DNA from: Lama glama
Taxonomy: Eukaryota
NCBI GenBank assembly: GCA_028534125.1
Contig: CM052817.1
Coordinates: 51,710,001 to 51,774,000 of the forward strand
Direction of reading: 5' to 3'
DNA: 64,000 bases
A program made the position numbers and the translations under genes. The first letter of the stretch is position 1. Every line of letters begins with the position of its first letter. Below, piece by piece: positions 13,281 to 27,720 of this stretch. The notes beneath the pieces are model-generated. The model worked only from the letters and a program-made list of their open reading frames with translations. It had not been told where the DNA came from and did not search any database.

Positions 13281-16200
13281 TAAATAACTTCGGAGGAGCA
13301 TTCTGTCATCATTTGTGAACAGACATATTTACAGTTACACAGCAGAGGTTAGACATTTTGAGATTTTGGAATCTCATGGTTTTTCATTCCTTGAAAGACC
13401 ACTTGTGAATATGTGTGAATAGTATTGACCTTAATACAATGCGATGCAGATACATTAAAACTGACCATTGTAAATATACTGGCTTTTAGAAGTATCTTAA
13501 TATACCTTGTAGAAGTCTCAGGGTCTGAAAAACATAATTGCAAAACCATTTATCTAGATCATCGGCTCTGCAATTCAACTATATTAAATCTTCTGCAAGA
13601 CAGTGCAGCTCTGAGCTTTACCCTTGTGATTCCCACCAGGAAGCCATGCTCCATTGTTTTTCAAATGCCTGGTGTGCCTTTTATAAGATGAATTTGGTAA
13701 TTACATGTTGCCATCTTTGATTTCATATTATTTTTTATCACTCTAGTTGCCTACTTTGTTGTGAAATCTGTGCACATATGCATAATATTAATTTTTAAAA
13801 TTTTCTTCCTCCTTTGACTGAAATTTCCCCATTGATGGAAGATATTTCTGTAACATTTTGGAATGAAACTCGATGCCTAGATTTTGGGCACCCTATCCCC
13901 AAGACTGCCTACATTTTTAGCAGATATATATTTTTTTTATCAGTGATCTTTGACTTTATACCATTTCAAATGGCTTGGAACTCTAATCATTGTTTCATTC
14001 CTTCCACCCTCCCGCAATCTATTTTCACAAGCATCCAGTGTTGAATTGACTGTCTTCAATGTAAATAAGATTTTAATGTGTGCAACTTCTAAAACAACAT
14101 TATTATTTACCCCTTGATATTCATTTATGTTTATGCCGAGAGAAATCAATATATATTTACAACATAATGTTTATTACATGTTCTTCCGAAACATCCCATA
14201 GTTCCAAAGTAGCTTTTTCTTGCATTTCTTACAAACATATGTCAGACTGTTTTCTTTGTTCATTAGTTTTCAAGCTTTCCAGTGTTTTCATATCACTTAC
14301 TACTTCTTCTTAGGGGTTCAAGCAGCCATGGAAATGGAGTTTACTTTTATGAAATAGAGATATTATTAAATTCTTACTTTGGTCATTTATCTACTCTATG
14401 ATTTTTAGGAAGTCAACCTCTTTTTTTAGAAATTATTATATTTTATTCTTAAAAATATTTTTAATCAGAAACATAAAGGATAAGCTAACTTCTCTCATAA
14501 TTCAGAAAATAGAATAAAAACAAAGCAAAACATATTTCTCTGACCAAAAGGATTATGAATTACATTGAAACATTAACTATTACCTCAATTTTTCAATGAA
14601 CTATATTTCTTTATCTTAATTAGCTGAAAACTTCTTGAAATTTGAAGTAAGCAAAGTTTTATTTTTACATACATTTAACAGATAATTTCATCTATCTTCA
14701 GCAGGTTTCTGCCAGGGAGGTGTATGGAAGTACTATTCCATTTTATAAATTTAGGGAAAAGACAGAATAAAATCATCCCTTATAATTCTAGACCCCCATT
14801 TAAAGTGCTTGTGGCAGGCAGATGTGAGGTTTGCCTGCAATATAGAGTGAGAATATATTAAATTCCAATTTAAAGCTTGTTATGTAAAATATAACTATGA
14901 ACTACTCTAAAATCTCATTTAGTAATACCTGTAGAACCTCAGACCATAGGAGATACTAAGTGGGACTACTGTAATTGAGAAATCTAATGGTCACATCCAT
15001 GAAACAGTTTAAAAATGAGTAAGAAATTTCCTACTCTAGCATTAGAACAAAACTTGTTGAAAACAGGGAGATAACGATTCTTACATATCATATCTGATGA
15101 AACGCCATTTTTATATCAAAATTCTAAGGTAATTAAAATTTAGCTCAATAATGAAAAATCTGTAATTCATCTTTGAGTTTTTTGAAGTATTTCCAATTAT
15201 TTGTGTCTTCCCGTTATGGTTAAGTCTAAAAGGATTTGAAGAGTTTATCTATGAAAAATCTACAAATTCATTTGCACTACACTGTGTTGGAAGTGTTCTT
15301 TTCTATTCTTTCTTTGTCTTTCAGAATATGGAAATAAAAATGATATATAAGGCATAAAATAAGAAATGTTAGCTTCTCACATTGCCATTAATCATAGGGT
15401 GGTTAGTATCCTTGGCAGAATGTGAGACGGGACCATAGCAAGCTCTGCCCTCACTTTATGTGGTGTTACCATCACTCCATTCCCAGATCCAAGGCAAGCA
15501 TGTTTTCTAACTGAGTACATTTTCTTCAAGAAGTATACTTGAGAATTTTCAGTAAACAATAATAAATCAGTCACATTGTTCTGTGTAACTTACATCTATC
15601 AATAAGGAATCAAAATTCAGTACCCCAGTATACAGATGCTAGCAAGACAGCCTATATATCCAAAGTCCTATTTTACTGCATTTGCACCCACATTGTTATT
15701 GAAGAATGTGGTCCTGTAAAATAAAATGTAATATTTTCCAGTATTTATTAGCTATATTAATAAGCTAATGTTCTTATGCTTCCCTATTTTTATGAGGCTG
15801 AGTTAGCTGAGCTTTTATTAAAACTACTTTTGTTCAGTTTGAGAGAACCTTGAAGTGAAAAAGTCAAACTATTTCCCCCCAAAATTGTAACATTCTTTTC
15901 AAGATTCCAGCAATAAAATTGCTAAATACAGCATTATGCGGTAGTAGAGGTCATTATTATGTCAGAACAAGGGAGTGCATGGGTGGAGAAATGTGTTTTT
16001 AAAAGAGGCTAAAATTACAAGGAGCCTTTCTTTTCCATAAGCAAAACACATCGACTCTCATGTTTGCTGCAGCGTTTCCTTTTGAATATTTTTGCTTTAA
16101 AATATAGGTAAAGCATTTCTTAATTCATCTGGAAAACATAGGAGCTGTATAGGGTGTGTCCATTTCTGAGCCACGTATTGCATATGCTCACTCTTTCAAA

Positions 16201-18461
16201 AACATCACAATGCAAATTCTTTCCTTCTTTGACCATTGCACCTCTCCCCACCTTATTTAGAATTAAGAGGGGAAAGTGTTGATTCAGTGTTTATTTCTGT
16301 AGGCTAAAGCAATAGAAAAACCAGATTCTGTGGAGACTATTGCAGATCAAGGATCTACAATCTCCTCTGGCTTCCATTTACTCGTCTTTCCTCATTGGTC
16401 ATAACGGTGCCATTTAGTAAATTTCTGATTCTGTGCTTCACTTGGTACTGTGGAGGGTTTGACACTCATACCTCTAACTTATTATCAAATACTTAATTTA
16501 TATCTGAGAACTAAATTACTCATTGCACATCCATCCACTCATAAAGATTACTGTTTACTATTTCATGTATTATGGAAATTTTAAATATCCAAATTTAGAT
16601 GTTATGGCTTGGACCAAGTTTTTAAAATCAGCATTAATATTAGCAAGGTTATGTTACACAAATCCTTAGGCTGGAAATGAGAGAAAATAGATTGATTTCT
16701 AAATTTCCCATGAAATCGCTTATATATTATATAGGAAGCATCACTATTGTACCTTTTAATAACTATCATTCATGAATATGAATTATGCCTACATTTAATA
16801 TGACTTCTCATACCTACCTCGACTACTAAAAAATAAAATAACACTGTTTTCTGGAATGACTAGAAGATGATTCCTCTAATTACAGTACAGATATTTTTAG
16901 TACAATGACATCAAAACTCATTAAAATTATGATATGAAGCAAAATGAAGAAGCTGGGTTCTTTTTGTTCAGAAAGAAATCAGTTCCAGAAGATGGGAGTC
17001 TTAATTTCTGTACAAAATGGCTTATTTAATGACTGTGTCTGATGGGTTAAAATTATGCAACTGGACAAGGTACAGAAGATGGTACTGAATGAACAGGCTT
17101 CCTACAATGCTTTGTTAGCGAGGCTGAACCACCGCTTGAGAGCCAGTCTCTGCCAGCTGCACTTTTACCTGCTGTATCTTGTTAAGGCTTGTTTTAATGA
17201 TGCTTGGGGGGCTTCCAGAACTTAATTTTAGATGTTAATATGACATGCAGCCGTATATGTTATTGAACTCTAGAGATGCCCGTAGTCAAAAATAACTCCT
17301 TTCTATTGCCCTCCTGACTCTCACCGTGGGTATTAAAATGTTAATCGCTCCTCACCAAGGTGTTCCCAAATCATTTTTTAGATGAGAACCAAAGTTTATT
17401 TCCATTTTCATATGAGGAATTTGCATGCAATTTAAATATCCATGAGGCTTATTTAATGATAAAGACTGAGGATAAAAGTTGGAAAGCTTAATTTTTTTTT
17501 TGAAGGTAGGAGAGTTGAAGGCGGAATGGATGTTTGTTTTCTAATGTAAACTGCAAGAACGTGTATACTTTTTATGTCTCTTTAGAATTCCTCTAACAAA
17601 ATTTTTCGACAGTATTATTTAAATAACATCAGTCTCAGGATGATTTCACACAATTGTATTTAGAACATTGGTTTAAAAAATATCAATAACTTTTCTCTAG
17701 AGGCACATACATTAAAGATTGAAAGAATAATGTAACACCTGAAAAAATATGAGCAATATATTAAAATAACTGAAGTGTCAGCTTGAATAGACCAACTATT
17801 ATTTCAGTATCATTTTATGAATTTGTTTTTTCTTTCCATTTCACTGTGGTGAGGTGATTCAAGATGTCTTAAGGGCTCATAAATGACAAAGGCATGTATG
17901 TGTTATGGATAAAATTTGAAAAGCCACCAGATCCCCATTGTGTAATTTCCTCACCACAAAACGCTGTATGTATTAAGTATATTACTTCAAGTTTACTCAA
18001 GTTTTACTAGTTGTACTTTACTAATAAATTGTCAGTTCTTTAACATGATGCAATTAAGATAATGATATATTTTTTTAATTGCACAAGGAAGAGTTATTTA
18101 TCTGTTTTGTATTATATATGTAATTATACAGTAGGAAAGATAGAGAATAAAATAAGTTTCATTTTTATATCAAAATATACACATAGTTAAGAAACACTCT
18201 ACAATATTAAACCAAGGAGCAGTCCTCTGACATTTTGGCTGTATTTTCTTTATGCAGAAATAAATGGAATTTTGTTTTTAATAAACTCAATTTTGTTATA
18301 AGAGTTTGTGAAGAATAAATTCACTTCCTTAGAGTTTCACTATAAATTTAAATATTTTTATTTTAGTGTTGTGTTAATGTTATACAGTTAATCATGTGCT
18401 TTAGTATTCATCAGTGTATTCCCCCTCGAAACACTTGTCATTGTGTAGACTCAATCAAAAT

Positions 18462-19800
18462 ATCATTCACTCATTCATTTATTCATTCATCAATGTGACA
18501 AATATTTTTGGTGCCAACCCTGAGGCAGGCGCTAGGTCACTTCAGACATTTATAGATGAATGCTAATTGCTGCCATTCAGGAAACTGGCAATAATAGTAA
18601 GAGAGCCAAAAGGCATTCTCAAATGACTATGTTGCTTTGTAGAATGAGAATCACTCCATGAGAGGGATACAGAAAGCTACTGGGTCCAAAGAGGGGAAGA
18701 TTGCATTAAGCTGGGGTATTAGGGGGAAAAAAAGTGAAGAAAGCAAAAATTGAGCTGGACTTTGATCATTGGAAATTATTAGGAAAAGCATCCTAGGTCA
18801 GGAACCAGTGTATGCGAAGGTATGGAAGCACAGAGAACTGCCTTAGAGATGATGTAGAAAATGTGCATTAGGGCCACATTTAGGAAACTTTACCTTCTAA
18901 TTTTATTGAAGATTTTGCAGGAAAGTGCTAACACAATAAAAATACCTAATTTATGGTAATTTGGCAACAGCCACATCTAGTAGAGTTTAGGAAAGCAGTT
19001 ACAGAATGCAGAGGCATCGTTTGAGGCACTGATAGTAATCCAAATGAAAAATAGCGAAGTCTTAATTGAAAAAGTAGAGCCAATGAAATGAAAGAGATGG
19101 ATCAAAAGACATTTATGTTATATAATGCTTGTGCTTTGGCAACTAATTTGTTGTGAGATACACAAGAGTAGGCTTTGATCTTAAGGTACCAAAGCCACGG
19201 AAGTGTTATTAACGGAAAAGAAGGCAGCAGATCAAGATTGAAAGTAAAAAGGAAGATACTGTTTTCTTTTTCAGATCTATTGAGTCTGAATGCCAGTGAA
19301 TATCCCTATAAAGTAAATCTATTAAGAATAAGAATATAACTCTCAAAAGAATTAAACCAAGAGGACAGAGGTATTAATTAAATTGATAGAAATGGATAGA
19401 TTGACAGGAGAGAACCAGAGAAGTTTGTACAGAGGACCTATGAAAACATTCACAGAAATGAAAAGAGGAGTAAGAAGCATCAGAAAGTAGTTACGGACTT
19501 CAGTCCCTCGTGAATGATTAAAAATCAGGAAGTCACTGGATTTAGCAATGAGTATGTCATCAGTGAATATTAGAGGGGCAGATGTTTATAAATCATTAAG
19601 AGCAGGTAAAAAGGACTTGCACATTAGGAAGTAGTTGAAGAAGACAGGAGAGATGAAGATTTGGAGAGTGGAGCAAGAGGGTGGCAGGTCTTGGTGAACT
19701 TGATAGTGATCTCCGAGTGGATGTGAGTGGGAAACAGCCAGTGGAGAAACTAAAGACTCCAAAACAAGAGAAGAAAAATAAAATGAAATGATAGCGTGAC
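18462..19800 (-). mobile_element. Degenerate L2 LINE
   Basis: Starts with the L2 tail in reverse (tcattcactcattcatttattcattca), followed by purine-rich L2-like sequence (gtcactggatttagcaatg...). Right boundary approximate. Confidence 0.6.
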
Positions 19801-20171
19801 GGGCTGAAAGGAGTAGACTATTGAATCAGGGACCTAATTGGGGCAGTTCATCCTGAAAAAAGGCAGAGGCCTCTGAGGTGACAAAAAAAAAGACCAAGAG
19901 GAAGGGAACAGAGTAATGTCTGTGTGGTCTATGGGGAAGAAAAGTTTAAAAATAGGGTTGGATAGCTGCAGACTTCTCAGTGAAATCTGGGCAAGAGTAA
20001 GGGATACTGGCTGAGGAAATAGGATTCATCCAAAAGAGTACTGGTGTTATTTCATCCAACTGGTGTGAAAATCACTTAAGGCTGCCATCATTTCAGTTGT
20101 GTTACGTGCTTCTGGGCTCCATGTGCTTCACCGCTTGGAGCTGTGGCTAATTGTAGCTTACTCTGTTCCAG

Positions 20172-20239
20172 GCGGTGTGGTTACAGCAAAGCAAAACAAG
20201 ATCCAGAAGAGGAAAAGATGCATTTTCATAATGGGCACA
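20172..20239 (+). CDS. EPHA5: EPHA5 juxtamembrane exon, [22 protein letters not shown]
   Basis: ctctgttccag|GCGGTGT ... GGGCACA|gtaagc; 68 nt, phase 2/1. Missed by the ORF track. Confidence 0.96.
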
Positions 20240-21145
20240 GTAAGCAAACTGTAAAAAATCAAACTAAAACCAAGTAGGGGAGACTTTATTGTTGTTTTGC
20301 TTCTTTTCAGACAAGAAATTTATAATAACTGACCGAAAATATTGTGTTCAAAAATATGTTTTTTTATATTTCTCTAAAGCACATGGGCTTGGGGCATTGC
20401 CAACTGACCCTAGGCAATGATTGGATGGTTTGTTCACTTCTTAAAAGCATACTTTCATTATAATCATTAAAATAAAACCTTTTTGCTTAATATAAAAAGC
20501 TATAATATTTCAAACCAAATTTCCAGACCAGTTCTAATTCTTAGCAACAGTCAGTAGAAATATATCATTAAATAATACCACCAGATTAAGTGAATCAATT
20601 GTTTCTTCTTTTTCTAGCATTTGGCAGAAATTTCCCTGAGCAGATCCTGTAGCAGCAACCTTGGTTCAAATGACTTGAAAAAAACCTACACTTTTAAGAA
20701 ATGCAGAATATCAATTTTAATAATGAGCTTTAAAAACTAGCTTAAATGGGTTCTAATTAATGGTATTTCAACATGTTCATTTTTTCATAAATAGTATGGT
20801 GTGAGTTGATTTGCCAAGTAAATGACAGAAAGAGGTTTTTTTTTTTTGTCACTTTGCCATGACCATGAAAGTCAAAATCATTAAAGCCATAATTCACGTG
20901 GCAGTGAATTTTTTAGTTCATTTTCATAGCCCTATCTTATTTAATGTTATTTATCCTCAAAAAATGCTGTGAGGGTAATACCGGTTGCCTTTAAAATGTG
21001 ATGAAACTGAAGCTCATAGAACCTAAGAGTCTTGTATAAGGCCCTGAAGCAACAGGAAGAGAGAACTTTTCTTTTCCTTTCGAGTTCTATGTCAGTCTTA
21101 CAGGAACAAAGCACTAGAAAAGTTACTTCAAATTATTTTTTGTAA

Positions 21146-21287
21146 GGGTTGTAGGATATAGCTCAGTGGTGGAATGCATGCTTAGCATGCATGAAGTCCT
21201 GGGTTCAATCCCCAGTATGTCCATTAAATAAATAAATAAACGTAATTACCTACCCTTCCAAAAAAACCAAACAAAGATTAAAAAGAC
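21146..21287 (+). mobile_element. tRNA(Ala)-derived SINE, camelid Vic-1-like
   Basis: A-box tagctcagtgg, B-box ggttcaatccc, (taaa)n-taattacc-C-rich-A-rich tail. 12-bp TSD tattttttgtaa at 21134-21145 and 21288-21299. Confidence 0.85.
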
Positions 21288-21695
21288 TATTTTTTGTAAA
21301 ACCTAAATTAATCATCTGTGATATTTTAAGTAAAACATGGGAAACAAACCAGTAACTATATGAATGAATATCATTTCATTGCCCAGTTTAATAAACAAAA
21401 TTGTCTTAGTTTGTCTCAGAGACTGACTCCTTGAACATAATTGTTGAAAGATGTATTTACTCAAATATGTCGGCCCATATGCACTTCTTGTGCATGCCAA
21501 CAATCCAGATTTCTAACATTATAAAAGTGAGATAGCTGGACAAATGACTCCTGTAACTCAGAAGAGGGTCTGTCCTTGCAGCTCTACCACTTCTAGGAAT
21601 TAGGGATTTAGGCCACAGTTGCGCATTAATAAACGTTTATAATTTCACTCATCCATCACAAGCACTTCTATTTTAATGCCCACTTACTTTTACAG

Positions 21696-21821
21696 TTAAA
21701 CTGCCAGGAGTAAGAACTTATATTGATCCACATACCTATGAGGATCCCAACCAAGCTGTTCATGAATTTGCCAAGGAGATAGAAGCTTCATGCATCACCA
21801 TTGAAAGAGTCATTGGAGCAG
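21696..21821 (+). CDS. EPHA5: EPHA5 exon with the regulatory juxtamembrane tyrosines, (I)[41 protein letters not shown](G)
   Basis: ttttacag|TTAAACTG ... GGAGCAG|gtagga; 126 nt; Eph-family Y-x-D-P-x-T-Y-E-D-P motif. Confidence 0.97.
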
Positions 21822-22514
21822 GTAGGACAGTGTGTTTAACTCCAACTTTTAACCTGAGTTTAGATTATAGAACATAATGTGTCAGTGTCCTAACCTAATG
21901 CAGAATATTTTTAATCTTTTGTAACTGACTTGCTTTCAAAGCGTTATATAATTGATCATATTTTAATGCTACCTTCTGTGTAGCTCATACTTAAACCAGC
22001 AAATGTCTGGTTTATGAAGTAATAAACCCAAAAAAATGTATATTCAAACATAGTGTTTCACATCTATTGTTTATTATATTTCATATATACATTTATAATT
22101 TGTATTGCCCAAAAGTATTTACGAAATTCAAGCTCCCAGTTCTATTTATGAATCATCTCTTCCCCTTAAGACTGTTTTCTTTCTGTACTTTTTTTTTTCT
22201 CTTCTCAATGTCACTGCTAGAGTAGAAAGAAAAGGTAGTAAGTGGTTTTCAGTTGCTTTTAATTTCTTTCTGATGTTTCCGTTAAGATTTCCATAGGTGA
22301 CATGGATGAAACTAATAACCCTCAACGTGTTTTATGATCACCTGTAGATGATTTTTCCCAATGCACCATTAATTTCTACTAACACTGATAAGAAAGTTTG
22401 GACCCCCCTTTAACTCTGTTTTGTCTAAACCTTAGTGTTCTAAGAGAACTTCAGAGTGTTATTAGAATAAAGGTTCGTGATGAGTTTATGTGTTTTTAAC
22501 ATCTTTATCACAAG

Positions 22515-22700
22515 GTGAATTTGGTGAAGTTTGCAGTGGACGTTTGAAACTTCCAGGAAAAAGAGAATTACCTGTGGCGATTAAAACTCTTAAAGTAGGC
22601 TATACTGAAAAGCAACGCAGAGATTTCCTGGGTGAAGCAAGTATCATGGGGCAGTTTGACCATCCTAACATCATTCACTTAGAAGGTGTTGTGACCAAAA
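22515..22700 (+). CDS. EPHA5: EPHA5 kinase N-lobe exon, (G)[61 protein letters not shown](S)
   Basis: atcacaag|GTGAATTT ... ACCAAAA|gtaagt; 186 nt; Gly loop and VAIK lysine; inside ORF 22490..22717. Confidence 0.97.
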
Positions 22701-24789
22701 GTAAGTACAATGGCTAATTATGCATGTGTGTGTGATCATAAATACCTGAATTTCTTCTATTAAGTTATTATTAATTTCATAATGAATATAGATAGAGAAA
22801 ACTGGCCATAATAATTCCATTAATGATTTCTCTAATATTAATAATAATTTTCCCGTGTTTTAGCAGACTCTTGTCAAAGCTGATCTTCAATGAACCTGAA
22901 TTTCTATTTATTTTTTTTAAATCTTTGTGTTAAATCACTTACTATGAATTCAGCACCAGAGAAAGTGTACCCAGATAAAAGAAACAGTAAAAGTGTACTG
23001 GCTCTTTCATTTTTTACCCTAATGAAATATTAACTTCAAAGTTGTGATTGAGGCATTGAAGTTTAACGTTTAATAGGATTACTGCCACCGTAGGTGCCCG
23101 CCACCTTTTAAGCCATTCTTTATAGCCAGATGTATTTCTTTTATTCACCTTTTTCATTGAGATATTTCAATAGTTCTAGGGAAAGTGACAGCCTCAGAAG
23201 ATGGGAAAAGTTCCTTGAGACTAGTTATTTTGTTAAGCAAATCCTATTTTTACTCAGAAATATCTAGAATTTCACGCCTCTTTTAAATTCTTGTTAGTGT
23301 CTTGTAAATGCGGTTATGTGTTGAGCTTCCCAGTATAAGGATTTCAAATAATTTTTCAGTCATCCTGTAAGGTATTTATGCAACACATAACTGAGGCTTT
23401 TATTTTCTTTTAATCCGTTTTTACCTTGGCCGTTCCTATGTGTTCTGGTCCCTTCCTTTATCCCTCATCTCTTACACACTACTTTGTAAAACCATCTGAA
23501 ACATTTGGCAAGGAACACTGTTTAGACTTTCTTCCAAGCATTGGTTCAGATTCCATTTGCTATTAATCAAGTTTTAAATTATATATGCCAAATATGTGTA
23601 GGAGCAATGTAATATTCAATAACTGTTCTCAACCTACCAAGTAATTTCAGTTCATTGGCTATCCATTTATGCCCTTCTGATTTTAAATGTGGAAAACTAA
23701 ACACAAACAACAGCAACAATAAAAACACAACCTTTTCTACAATAAAAAGGAGCAAAAGAAACAAACAAAAAAATTCACCTGGTTTATTACCACTCAATTC
23801 CAAAATCATGATTCATTCGCAGTAGGTCACAGATGAGAACACAGAGCCTCTCACAAGTCCTAGAGAAGATAGTGGCTAAACATACCATGTTGATGATTGG
23901 CAGAACTTTTGAATCAGCCTCTATTGCTGGGAGATTGTTTTTCTCGATGTCTCAAAGAGATACGCGTCTCCAGCAAGAATGCCCATAGAGGAAGGTAACA
24001 TAGGAATAAAATTACTTGCAGACATGTGGGTTTCTTTAAAACTTAAATGTGCTTCTTTCCCTCAGCTGAGTACATGCCCACGCATTATTTCCTCCTTGAA
24101 GGCTACCTGAAGACAGGATTGTTGGAGCAAAAAGGGCATTCTGAGGTCTAATCAGAACAAATAAGTTCCTAAAAAATGATGGAAGCCAGGGACATAAGGC
24201 AGATGAGGGACAAAGAAAAAATACGTATTTTTGAAGGAATAAAATAAATTAAAATATTTTACAAAAATCATGCCCTATGATGAATGAGGTGGAATATTCT
24301 AAATAAGATGATGTGAGGGGGATGATTACAGGTAAAATAAAATGAAATCAGAATTTTTTTTAAAGAATTTAAAAAAAGAAATCAAAATTTGAACATGACT
24401 ATAGTCCATCTGAGGGGAAGGACCTTGAAAGGACATCAGTGGTAGTACACGGGGCTGGATACTGTAGGAACAAGAGTTACAACAACAGCGATGGAGTGAA
24501 ATGATTTCCTATGTGGGCAGGGTAGTATCTACTAGAAAGCATAGTTCTTCACGATAGTCATAGTAATAGAAGTATGTAAAATATTTTGATAAATTTCATG
24601 TCTTCATTTAATCCTTAATATGACTGCTAAATTTAACTTCTTCAAATAAACTCTGACCATGACTTCCTATGACCCAGAGTATATGTAAAACCCCGTATGC
24701 AGCCAGTCTACCCTGTAATGAGTTAAGCTGTAATGTGTAGAACAGCGCCAGATCACTGTTACTATCACAGAAGACAGTCCCTACAGAAT

Positions 24790-25015
24790 AGTCAGATAAG
24801 TGAGCTATGGATCTAGCCACCGATTTTTATTTTGCTTCTGCAATACACTACTATGTGACTGTGTAAGTTAGTTATACATTCAAACCCTTACTTTCCTCAT
24901 CAATGACGTGGGGTAAGAATACTTCATAGTGATGTGAAGGTGATATGAATTAACACAGGTCGAGTTTAGGATGAGCATGACACAGAGTAGCTACTTAATA
25001 AATGCATGATTATTG
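24790..25015 (+). mobile_element. MIR SINE remnant
   Basis: ctatgtgactgtgtaagttagtta...ctttcctcatcaatgacgtggggtaa...ttaataaatg resembles the MIR core and tail. Confidence 0.55.
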
Positions 25016-27720
25016 CTTTTCCATGTCTCTCTCTTCCTGTGCTCTGAACTCCTCCATAGCCATTTCATTCCTAATCTATTTTAATTGATATTGTGCCCTG
25101 CCTACGTTGCCTCTTTCTTTGAAATTTAAATCTTTGTACTCACTACTTTTTCATTTCCTTCGGAACCCTATTCAAATTTCATCACCTCCACGAAACAATC
25201 CACCATCACTTAACCCTGAAATAATCACTGCTTCTTGTGAACACTGTGGCTGTATAAGGATTTTTGCAACTGCCTGTAATGTTCCTTCATTTGTCCAAAA
25301 TTTTTATTCAACTCTTTCATTTAATTTTGTCTCCTTTGAATGTATTTTTTAGCTCCCTAGCCAAAATAGTCTACTCCTGAAGAAACAGATAATGTCCTAA
25401 ATATTTATGCAAACCCATTACACCTAAACCTAAACCAATCCATGGTCACTTTAGTTAAACACTTTGAGGCTCAGTGTCACACAAAAAGAAAAAAAATCAT
25501 AAGTATCTTATAAAATTTTTATGCAGACTAAATAAAGATGTATTTGTGAACAAAACTGCAGGTAATTAGAGCGGTGAATAAGTATTTATTTTAATCTGTT
25601 TAAGTGAATGCATCAGATATTAGTAGACAAGACTGCCAAATTATTAGAACTACTATTCACCTACTTTTATAGGCCCCTAAGGCCCCTAATTTATTACAAA
25701 ACTTGTTTTATGTGCATGGGTTCTGACTGAGACAGCATAAGACAACTGAACTTCTCATAGTAAGACAACTAAATTTGGCATATACCATGTTATATGCACT
25801 TGAAATCTTTATTTTTAGAAGCAAATGCATTAGCAACAAATGATCATATTTAAATTCTGTAAAGTATAGTCGAAAAACCAGTCCTGTGATTGGAAATACA
25901 GATTTAAAATTTCCAATCTCCTAATCACATATGCTGTTTGATGTTGCTCCATGAAGCTACCCATACATGTAAAGCAAAATGTAAATATTTAAAATATTTC
26001 TTTGTCTTATTTTTTTGTTCCATGTGACTTGAAACTATATTTCCCCTTAATAAATGAAGCGCTTGCTGTTCAACCTACGAAGTCTTCAACTTGTTTTTAA
26101 TTTACCATGTTGCAACTCACTTTATTTGTGTCCTTAATTTCATGCTCTCTGATCTGATGCTAATTTATTCAGCAATTATTCTCAACCTGCAGCACACAGA
26201 TAATGAGACATAAGTGCAACTAAATCTTGTGATTTTTTTCTGATTGAAGCTAAGGTGGGGAGTTTGAAGTAGCACTCCTATGGGCAGTGTCATGATGAAC
26301 CGTTCTCTTTCCTGTGTCACTCGTCCTACATGCCCAAAACATGGGCCCTCATTCAGATTCCTTCTGTGATTTGCTGTTAAACAGGACACATCATAAATAG
26401 GTATATATTCTAGAGAGGCCTTGTGACAAATGATGTAAAAGACCCACAGGTCCTGGCTTCATTGACTCATTCGCCATGCGAGATGCTTTAATGTCACATA
26501 CACAGTGCCAGCTTTAACTATTTAAATAGATTCAGGAATAAAATTTAAAAGGGGGGAAAATTATTATTTTCCCATTGCAGCATCCTTAGTTCTTTAAGAT
26601 TTATTTTTTTCCCACCCATGGAAATATTATCAAAATTGACTAAAGGAATATTTCTATGGAGTCTTACAATTATTTGTAGTTATATTGCTTAATCTAGGAT
26701 CATGTATAAAGAAACTTAGTTCTCCTGTAAAATTAATAAATTTAAACAAAATATTAGAGAAAAATTAAAAGAATATCTCCCTATTTTTCTGTCTATGTCT
26801 GAGGAGATAACACATTCAATGATAACTGATTATTTAAATTGTCAGACAATTCTGAGTTCTTATATAAACTTGTGATTATCTTTCAACTATTGTATTTCAT
26901 CCTATCTTACAAAGTCAAATTTTATTTTACAGGCTCTTATTATATATTACCCAGGGCTAATCCAACAATTTTCAAACTAGTCCACGCGTTTTGGTATTTT
27001 CCCACATTAGTCCATTCCATATATTTTACTCAGTCACTCTTCTCTCCTGCCTCATCATCAAACAAACAAACAAATCAAGCAAAATACATACACTTGGATA
27101 CTTTACCTGATATAATTTGGCCATATCTCCATATTATACTATTTCCTTTCCAGAAAGCTCTACCTAGTTCTTATGCTGTCCCTTGGAGATACTTCATTCA
27201 GCCCTAGAATGTCCTCCCCACTTTCCTCAGCTCCATTTGACCTTCAAGTTTAATTCACATGTGACCTCGTCCATGAGATCAGTGTCATTTATCTGCATTT
27301 TTCCTTCTGTCCTCAGTGTCTGCCTGGAATAGAGTAGACTGCTCAGTAATGTTGAATAGCTGAGTCAGAGAAAGGGTCCTAATTATGCATTAGAATACAA
27401 ACTTCAAAGAGCAGAGGTTTCTGTTTTGTTCTGCCCACCTGTGTGTTTCTAGTTCAGTACTCGGCATGTGTAGCATTTCATTATTTGTTGAATGAATGAA
27501 TTCTCAGCCAGAGACAACGTTATAAACTCTAGTGGCATTTCTCTGCACTTTGTCATGTGGTCCATTGTATCACAGTTATCTCTCTACATGGTTTAGCATC
27601 CTAACTACATGATGAGCTTCTTAAAATGGATATTTGTTCATAGCGCCCCTAGTGTCTATCACAGCGCCAGACACATTAGGTAATTAAAAAAGAATTTTTT
27701 TTTAAGATATAAATGATACT

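Noticed and set aside
12694..13312. Long ORFs of 175-197 aa in the ORF track
   Set aside because: They consist almost entirely of X from the N gap.
12746..13315. 35-bp direct repeats around a spacer, CRISPR-like or insertion-like
   Set aside because: Only two copies, directly abutting an assembly gap in a mammalian intron; contig overlap is the simpler explanation.
21146..21222. Functional tRNA-Ala gene
   Set aside because: The acceptor stem is degenerate, and the A-rich tail and TSD mark it as a SINE.
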